Shown: positions 58,064 to 64,000 of the stretch, in pieces
Numbering within the stretch: the stretch's first letter is position 1
Layout: the number at the start of each line of letters is the position of its first letter
Source: an uncultured Candidatus Saccharibacteria bacterium
GTDB lineage: Bacteria > Patescibacteriota > Dojkabacteria > J137
Length of the DNA: 64,000 bases
NCBI GenBank assembly: GCA_964620955.1
Contig: CAZUKH010000001.1
Location: 124,593 to 188,592, forward strand
Direction of reading: 5' to 3'
Position numbers and translations under genes: made by a program
Notes under the pieces: generated by a model
Told to the model about the DNA's origin: nothing
The model's database searches: none
Seen by the model: only the letters and a program-made list of their open reading frames with translations

Positions 58064-59227
58064 ATGCAAAAAGAATCACAAAAGAAAATTAGCGGGAAAT
58101 TGGTTTTGGCATTAAGCTTGTTTGCAATAGTTGCAATAATTGGAATAGGACTATTATTTATTCAGCTTGTAGCAAGAGAAAATAATATCCAAGAAGAAAA
58201 TAGAAATTCTGTAGATAGAGTAGAAAACAATAACCAAGAGTCCAGCAACCTTGATAGCGAGGGGAACGAAATAGTTGTTGAGATTGAAGAATCAAGTCCA
58301 AAAAGATTTGCTGCTATACTTGTAAATGACACTATAAGCCTTTTTGATGAGAACAATGAAAGCATTCCACTAAACTTGCAGCAGTTAGGTTGGACAGACA
58401 TAAAGTGGAGTCCAGATGGATCGCAGATAAGCGTAAAAGGTAAAGCCGCTAACCAAAACTACGACCTTGCAATTTATACTTTTTCCAATAAAAACTGGGA
58501 ATGGATAACAAATTTTGCCTTAGAAGAGACTGGCGTAGACAATTACTTTTGGGCAGGTAATGAAATCGTTTTTATGCAAGGTGTAGGAGCTAACCGTTGG
58601 CTACACAGATTTTCACAAGGTTCTGTAAACAAGCTTATTCAAGTTGATGGCTCAATTGAAAGCGTATCTTCGGACGGTAAGTTAATTGTTTTGAGAAGGT
58701 TATATGATAATGGACTGGAGGTTTATAACCTGCAAAATGGACAGCAATGGGATTTAACAAATATGATTGATCCTGATGGGGTGGCCTTTAGTGTTAGCGC
58801 TGTCTGGTTTTTGAAAGACACTACTAAGGCTTTAATAAGAGGAGAGTCTCAAAAACTAGAATCTACTTTCCTTTATAAAGCTAATTTTGGTGAGTCAGTT
58901 GGAGTACAAGTTGTTGTAGAAGCTGATACAGTAGAAACATTACTTCCACTTTGTTTTGCAAATAGCGATGTAATATTTGGAATAGTTTCTGACCCTATCT
59001 TTGAACAAGATTATTTTATTAAATTAAATGTCAAAAATTTTGAAGAAGAGCTAATAGCCGACTTACCCTTGTTTGAAAAAGAAACTGCTGTGTGCATTAC
59101 TGCAGGAGCTATTTTAATTAAAAATAACGAGGGTCTTACAACTGTATGGACTCTTATAGACAAAGATGGTAGCCAAAAACTAAACTTTTTGACAGATGCC
59201 AAAGAGGTTGACTACTTTGAAGGCTAG
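58064..59227 (+). CDS. Hypothetical membrane-anchored extracytoplasmic protein (possible beta-propeller)
   Basis: N-terminal TM (LVLALSLFAIVAIIGIGLLFI). Repeated WSPDGS / DG motifs reminiscent of TolB-like propeller blades. Confidence 0.45.
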   Translation: MQKESQKKISGKLVLALSLFAIVAIIGIGLLFIQLVARENNIQEENRNSVDRVENNNQESSNLDSEGNEIVVEIEESSPKRFAAILVNDTISLFDENNESIPLNLQQLGWTDIKWSPDGSQISVKGKAANQNYDLAIYTFSNKNWEWITNFALEETGVDNYFWAGNEIVFMQGVGANRWLHRFSQGSVNKLIQVDGSIESVSSDGKLIVLRRLYDNGLEVYNLQNGQQWDLTNMIDPDGVAFSVSAVWFLKDTTKALIRGESQKLESTFLYKANFGESVGVQVVVEADTVETLLPLCFANSDVIFGIVSDPIFEQDYFIKLNVKNFEEELIADLPLFEKETAVCITAGAILIKNNEGLTTVWTLIDKDGSQKLNFLTDAKEVDYFEG

Positions 59228-59251
59228 GTTAAAATTGATTTGTAAAAAATT

Positions 59252-59611
59252 ATGGACGAACAGACTTTATTAAAAAACGCAAATAACATTCTCTCAATGG
59301 AAGAGGGAATAAATTCTGAAGTAGAAGTTAGCGGAAAAAGCAAATTAACTGATTTTGTTTTACCAGGAATGCTAAGCTCCAAAAACACCCTTGGTAGTCT
59401 TTATAAGTTTGAGCCAGCAAGCAAAAGGGGTGTAGTTGGCAAAATTAAACAAAAAATTCTAACAAAAATGAAAAATATTGTTTTAAATGTTGTTGAGAGA
59501 GAAAGTATGAAACAACAAAAATTTAATGAACTCACATACAACGCTATTGACTTATTGAATTCCCGGATTAACGAGTTAGATGAAAAAATTAAGTCTTTAG
59601 AACAGAAGTAA
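59252..59611 (+). CDS. Hypothetical coiled-coil protein
   Basis: 119-aa ORF. K/E-rich C-terminal heptads. Confidence 0.4.
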   Translation: MDEQTLLKNANNILSMEEGINSEVEVSGKSKLTDFVLPGMLSSKNTLGSLYKFEPASKRGVVGKIKQKILTKMKNIVLNVVERESMKQQKFNELTYNAIDLLNSRINELDEKIKSLEQK

Positions 59612-60402
59612 TGTGGGAATCTATAACTTTGTTTAAGCGTGAAAGTAAGCAGTTTATCCTTAAATACTTTGACTCTAAAGAGGAAAAAAAACCAGTACTT
59701 GTATTTTTAAGGCCTATAGCCGCTAACAACCACCAAGTAAGACTTTTGCTTAAGTTACTAAGTAAAGACTTTAGAGTAATAAGTCCATCACATCCAGGGT
59801 TTGATCGATCGACCAAACTTTTAAAACACGACTTAGACTGGTATCACATAATTTTTGATGAATTTGTGTCAGAGCTTGGTATTCAAAACTATTTTTTAGC
59901 TGGGTTTTCTTTTGGTGCCTACCAGGCTGTAAATTACTATGCTGAGTACAAAAGAAAAAGTGTAAAATCTCTTTTGCTATTTTCCCCGTTGGTAAAACAT
60001 ACCGAATCAAAGAGTTTTAAATATACTTTAAAGTTTTTACAAGATGACTTTAAAAACCTGGGAAAAGTACTTAGAAGAAAAAGCTTTTTAAATTTAAGCC
60101 TGGATATTCGTAACGCAAATCTTGAGTATGAACAAACTCAATCGCATATTAAAATGGTTATGGGCTTAGGAGACTTGTACCCATCGCTTGCTGCTGTAGA
60201 TATTCCTACTTTAATTATTTTTGGGGGCAAGGACAGGATTGTTGACTACAAAGATCTAAAAAAACATGTATCCAAAAATAAAATGCTAAAATTGCATGAA
60301 TTGATGGGGCAAGGCCATAACTCATTTGCGTTAAAACAAAATTCTTTGTTAAAAGTTATTGAAAAATTTTTAAAAGAAAATGTCCGAAAAAAAATCAATT
60401 AA
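59611..60402 (+). CDS. Alpha/beta-fold hydrolase
   Basis: Nucleophile elbow GFSFGAY (G-x-S-x-G). Downstream D and H (GGKDRIVD...GQGHNSF). Confidence 0.65.
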   Translation: MWESITLFKRESKQFILKYFDSKEEKKPVLVFLRPIAANNHQVRLLLKLLSKDFRVISPSHPGFDRSTKLLKHDLDWYHIIFDEFVSELGIQNYFLAGFSFGAYQAVNYYAEYKRKSVKSLLLFSPLVKHTESKSFKYTLKFLQDDFKNLGKVLRRKSFLNLSLDIRNANLEYEQTQSHIKMVMGLGDLYPSLAAVDIPTLIIFGGKDRIVDYKDLKKHVSKNKMLKLHELMGQGHNSFALKQNSLLKVIEKFLKENVRKKIN

Positions 60403-62647
60403 AATTATTGGGCCATTTATTACCAACTATAGCTATGCAAGGGTTAACCGAGGGCTTGCTCAAGCTTTAGATAACGTCTCGGAGGATTACGAAGTTTTCC
60501 TTTACCATTCTAAAGATAGAATTGATAAGTGGCCCGATGATAATGATTTAAGAGCTTTTCCTTTTGTAGATAAAATTTGGCTAAGAGAAGATAAAAAGAC
60601 TCATGCTGCAATATATTTTGACTTTCCAAAATCTGGTTATTCTAAACATGGTTTAGCAAGCATAAACTCAGATATAAAAATAATGTACATCGCCTGGGAA
60701 GAAAGTGTTTATCCAAAGTTTTGGGTGGACGAAATCAATAAAAACTTGCATGGCTTAATGGCTATGTCGCGGTTTGTAAGGAATATTTTAAGAAGAAGTG
60801 GGGTAAAAGTTCCAATAGAAGTTGTGCATGCCGGTGTAAACCAAAGATTGTATAGCGATAATAATAACTACAGGCTTCTTAAAACGAAAAAAAACGTAAA
60901 AATTTTTCATAACAGTACAGGCAAACTGCGAAAAGGTCCTGATGTTTTAATTAAGGCATATACTCAGGCTTTTTCAAATAAAGATGATGTGTGTCTCGTA
61001 ATTAAGGCTACACCTAATCCTGACAACATGTTCCCTGAACTGATTGAAAAGTTTAAAACTGATAATAGTCCTGAAATTGAATATCTTTCAACCAGTTCAT
61101 TTACAGATGATCAAATGAGTCAAATTCTTGAAGAATGCGACTTTGTTGTTTATCCATCTAGGGCTGAAGGCTTTGGTTTACCGATTGTTGAAGCAATGTT
61201 ACAAAAAAAGCCAGTAATAGCAACTAATTACAGTTCTTACCTGGATTTTTTGGATTTGGAAAGCGCCTGGCTTTTAGATTATAAATTAATGCCAACTTAT
61301 GATTCTGAGCTTGTAAACATAGGCGCATTGTGGGCTGAGCCGCAAATTGATGACTTAAAGAATAAGATGTCTTTGCTTTATAAAACTATCAAACTTTTAA
61401 AAGATGGCTCAGCCCACAATGAATTGTTACAACAGTACAAAATTAAAACTGAAATTGCATACAAAAATGCGATCCAGCTTACCTGGGAAAATACTGCAAA
61501 AAAAACTTTAAGCTTTTTAAATGAAATAGAAAGTTTCAAACAATTCAAGACAAAAAAAGCTGCTGTAATTTCTCCTCTAAATTCTGAAGACGGAATAGCA
61601 GAGTATACAAAGAACCTTTACTCCAAAGTAGAAAGTTCTTTCGAAAAATTTTATTATTTGGCTAATAAAGACATTGCAGATAGGGTAGAGCTAGATGCTC
61701 AAAATGTTGTACGCACTTGGGAAATGGGTGAAACAGGTTTTAATGAAACTCTTGAGTTTCTTAAAAAAGAAAAAGTTGAAATAATCCATATTCAATATCA
61801 CTCGGGTATTTACTTTGAGCCAGCACAGCTGGATGGGCTAATTGCTAATCTTAAAAGTTTAGGTCTTTCTGTTTATGTAACTTTACACTCGGTTATTGGC
61901 AAAAACTTTAACTTGCTGGAACAACTTAAAAACCTACATTTAGCAAACAAAGTTTTTATTCATAACCCCAAAGACTGCAAGCTTGCGTCACAAATCTTAA
62001 ATAATGTTGTGTTTTTTCCTCTTCCTAAGCTTGAGTATAAGTCTAGGACTAAAAATGAAGTACGAAGAAAACTGGGTTTAAACAATGAGACTTTAATTAT
62101 TGCATCTCATGGTTATATGAATAACCAAAAAACTAATATTCCAGAAATTTTAAAATCTGTGTTTGAACTAAAGAAGTCTAACTCAAACATTCTTTTTATT
62201 GGCTTGCATGCTGTGAGCGCAAACAATTTAAGTTCTCAAACAGAATACGAAAACTGTAAAAAAATTATTAAAGAACTAAATTTAGAAAAAAATGTCTTAC
62301 TGGTCACCGAGTTTTTGCCAGAAAATGCTATAGTACTGATATTGCAAGCAGCAGATGTTATAGTGCTTTCTTACAATGAAGTAGGGGAGTCATCGAGTGC
62401 TGCAATAAACAAATGCATTGGGTCTTTAAGACCTGTTATTGTGCCTGATATAAAGATGTTTGCTGAGTTTGAGAAAGAGGTTTATAAAGTAACTGAATCT
62501 AAAAGCCCTTTTATTATTAATGCAGTTGAAGAAATTGTTAGTAGCAAGGCTTTAGAACTTGATTTAGTTAATGCTGCCCAAAAATACATTTCCCAAACAA
62601 CGTATGAATTGATGTCAAGGAAAACTCTGAAGGATTACCTTAATTAA
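60380..62647 (+). CDS. Two-module glycosyltransferase (GT4-like domain plus a second GT-B-like module)
   Basis: DFVVYPSRAEGFGLPIVEAMLQKKPVIATN (E-x7-E) in the first half. Second half has Rossmann-like repeats (LLVTEFLPENAIVLILQAADVIVLSY). Confidence 0.65.
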   Translation: MSEKKSIKIIGPFITNYSYARVNRGLAQALDNVSEDYEVFLYHSKDRIDKWPDDNDLRAFPFVDKIWLREDKKTHAAIYFDFPKSGYSKHGLASINSDIKIMYIAWEESVYPKFWVDEINKNLHGLMAMSRFVRNILRRSGVKVPIEVVHAGVNQRLYSDNNNYRLLKTKKNVKIFHNSTGKLRKGPDVLIKAYTQAFSNKDDVCLVIKATPNPDNMFPELIEKFKTDNSPEIEYLSTSSFTDDQMSQILEECDFVVYPSRAEGFGLPIVEAMLQKKPVIATNYSSYLDFLDLESAWLLDYKLMPTYDSELVNIGALWAEPQIDDLKNKMSLLYKTIKLLKDGSAHNELLQQYKIKTEIAYKNAIQLTWENTAKKTLSFLNEIESFKQFKTKKAAVISPLNSEDGIAEYTKNLYSKVESSFEKFYYLANKDIADRVELDAQNVVRTWEMGETGFNETLEFLKKEKVEIIHIQYHSGIYFEPAQLDGLIANLKSLGLSVYVTLHSVIGKNFNLLEQLKNLHLANKVFIHNPKDCKLASQILNNVVFFPLPKLEYKSRTKNEVRRKLGLNNETLIIASHGYMNNQKTNIPEILKSVFELKKSNSNILFIGLHAVSANNLSSQTEYENCKKIIKELNLEKNVLLVTEFLPENAIVLILQAADVIVLSYNEVGESSSAAINKCIGSLRPVIVPDIKMFAEFEKEVYKVTESKSPFIINAVEEIVSSKALELDLVNAAQKYISQTTYELMSRKTLKDYLN

Positions 62648-62661
62648 TGCGTTAAACTGAT

Positions 62662-63690
62662 CTATTTATCATCATATCCGTTTGGATATTTTATTTTCCA
62701 GTTGTAAGCGTGTTTTACTGTTTCTGTAATTCCAAACATTGGCTCCCACCCTAAAACTGCTTTTGCCTTTTCGTTGTTTGCATAAAAAGCCACTGGATCT
62801 CCTGCTCTTCGTGGTCCAAAACTCCAATCAAATTTGCCATGCACTTTTTCAATTAATTTTAGTATTTCGAGATTTGAGTACCCTTTTCCTGTACCAATAT
62901 TAAAAAGATCAGATTTGTTATTTTGGAGGAGATAATTTAAGGCTTTTACATGTGCTTTTGCCAAGTCTTCTACATGTATGTAATCTCTTATGCAAGTTCC
63001 ATCAGGAGTTGGGTAGTCATTGCCGAAAATTTGAAATCCCTGGCGCAAACCCAGTGCAGCTTCAATAGCAGAAGTAATTAAATGCGTGGGCTTAGGATAA
63101 TCCTGTCCTATTAATAAATCTGGGTTTGCGCCAGCAGCGTTAAAGTATCTTAGTATTATGCTTTTTATTTTTTCTTCTTCTGCTGTATTAGGTTTATCTA
63201 AATCTCTTAGAATGTTTTCGACAACTAGCTTTGACATACCATAAGGATTGTCCGGGTTTAGTTGTGTGTTCTCGTTTACCTCAGCCTCCTTTGGAGTACC
63301 ATAAACAGCAGCTGTAGAAGAGAAAACCAGTCTTTGTACACCGTTTTGCTGCATAGCTTTTATTAAATTCAAACTGCCAGATACGTTATTTATATAAAAC
63401 GAAGTAGGATTAATAACTGACTTTCCTGCTTCAATAAGAGCTGCAAAATGAATTACCGCATCGGGCCTCACTCTTGACACTGTTTGTGAAATCTTATCAA
63501 AATCAAGAAGCTCACCTTGGGTAAGTTCTATCTTTTTATTTGTATGATTTTCTATTATTTCTACTGCTTTTTTATGACCATTCTTTAAATTATCAAACAC
63601 ATAAAGCTCATACTCGTTAAGTTTTGCGAGTTCCAATAGAGTATGGCTGCCAATATAACCTGCTGCGCCTGTTAATAGAATTTTCTTCAT
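62662..63690 (-). CDS. galE: UDP-glucose 4-epimerase
   Basis: KILLTGAAGYIGSH, YGMSKLVVE (Y-x3-K), FNAAGA, HVEDLAKAH. Confidence 0.9.
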   Translation of the reverse strand: MKKILLTGAAGYIGSHTLLELAKLNEYELYVFDNLKNGHKKAVEIIENHTNKKIELTQGELLDFDKISQTVSRVRPDAVIHFAALIEAGKSVINPTSFYINNVSGSLNLIKAMQQNGVQRLVFSSTAAVYGTPKEAEVNENTQLNPDNPYGMSKLVVENILRDLDKPNTAEEEKIKSIILRYFNAAGANPDLLIGQDYPKPTHLITSAIEAALGLRQGFQIFGNDYPTPDGTCIRDYIHVEDLAKAHVKALNYLLQNNKSDLFNIGTGKGYSNLEILKLIEKVHGKFDWSFGPRRAGDPVAFYANNEKAKAVLGWEPMFGITETVKHAYNWKIKYPNGYDDK

Positions 63691-63789
63691 TTTTTTATCT
63701 GTTACTCTTCATTGTAACCTGCAAAAACTATTTTGGGAATCTCTTCCAATTAATAAGTTTTTGGTATAAGCTTTAACTGATAGTTGAAT

Positions 63790-64000
63790 ATGGAAACACT
63801 TTCAATCAATAAAGTAAATAGACTCCAAGTCATTGCGGTTGTATCGCTTTTGGTTGTACTAATAGGGCTTGCAGTTTTTACTGCTATTACAATCTTCAAC
63901 AAGGAGAAAGAAACTCCCGCAAAGCAAGAGAGTGTTAGCGGCGAGGTTGTTCAAACGCTGGGCGTGACAAAAACTATTTCTAGCATAACGCAAACCGGAA
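63790..64000 (+). CDS. Hypothetical membrane-anchored protein, C-terminus beyond window
   Basis: ATG at 63790. TM IAVVSLLVVLIGLAVFTAITIF. Confidence 0.35.
   Translation, partial: METLSINKVNRLQVIAVVSLLVVLIGLAVFTAITIFNKEKETPAKQESVSGEVVQTLGVTKTISSITQTG

Noticed and set aside
1-64000. Search for CRISPR arrays, tRNA/rRNA genes and mobile elements
   Set aside because: No regularly spaced direct repeats. No tRNA-like T-arm/acceptor patterns in any intergenic region >=100 nt. No transposase-, integrase- or recombinase-like ORFs. The only tandem repeats are the short heptamer tracts and the valS hexamer block, reported separately.

Overview
This is an AT-rich (roughly one-third GC by eye), gene-dense window with almost no non-coding DNA. 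It reads as a chromosomal segment from a small-genome bacterium, plausibly a Patescibacteria/CPR-like or similar reduced lineage; that is an inference from gene content and cannot be verified here. 

Backbone genes: rpoB, rpoC, rpsL, rpsG, rpsT, infB (short form), valS, hisS, a Tyr/Trp-family aminoacyl-tRNA synthetase, def, hup, recJ, tatD, trxA/trxB, rpe, a RodA/FtsW-type SEDS protein, an aldehyde dehydrogenase and a SufU/IscU-like protein. 

Around them sit many surface and glycan genes: a partial Wzm-type ABC-2 permease, two tandem GDP-mannose 4,6-dehydratase paralogs, manC, galE, GT2/GT4 glycosyltransferases and GtrA. There are also many small membrane or secreted hypothetical proteins. 

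I found no rRNA, tRNA, CRISPR array, transposase or integrase. 

Most unusual loci:
- An 881-aa secreted protein combining PGRP-amidase, GEVED and BNR-propeller domains.
- A 1566-aa DUF2341/Fn3 surface giant translationally coupled to a fused ABC-ATPase/FtsX(MacB-like) permease. This is the best candidate for an undescribed system.
- A CsoR/RcnR-family regulator with atypical ligand residues and a perfect palindromic operator overlapping its promoter, heading a trxA-trxB operon.
- Gene fusions: TsaC(YrdC)-TsaE, LOG-like plus SAM methyltransferase, and an N-terminal tRNA-binding domain on a Tyr/Trp-family synthetase.
- An S12 with an N-terminal insertion and non-canonical residues at the streptomycin-resistance positions.
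- A long structured rpsL-rpsG spacer.
- A GC-rich repeat insertion in valS.
- Recurrent purine-rich heptamer repeats in three intergenic regions.

All domain calls come from motif reading by eye and need HMM or BLAST confirmation.
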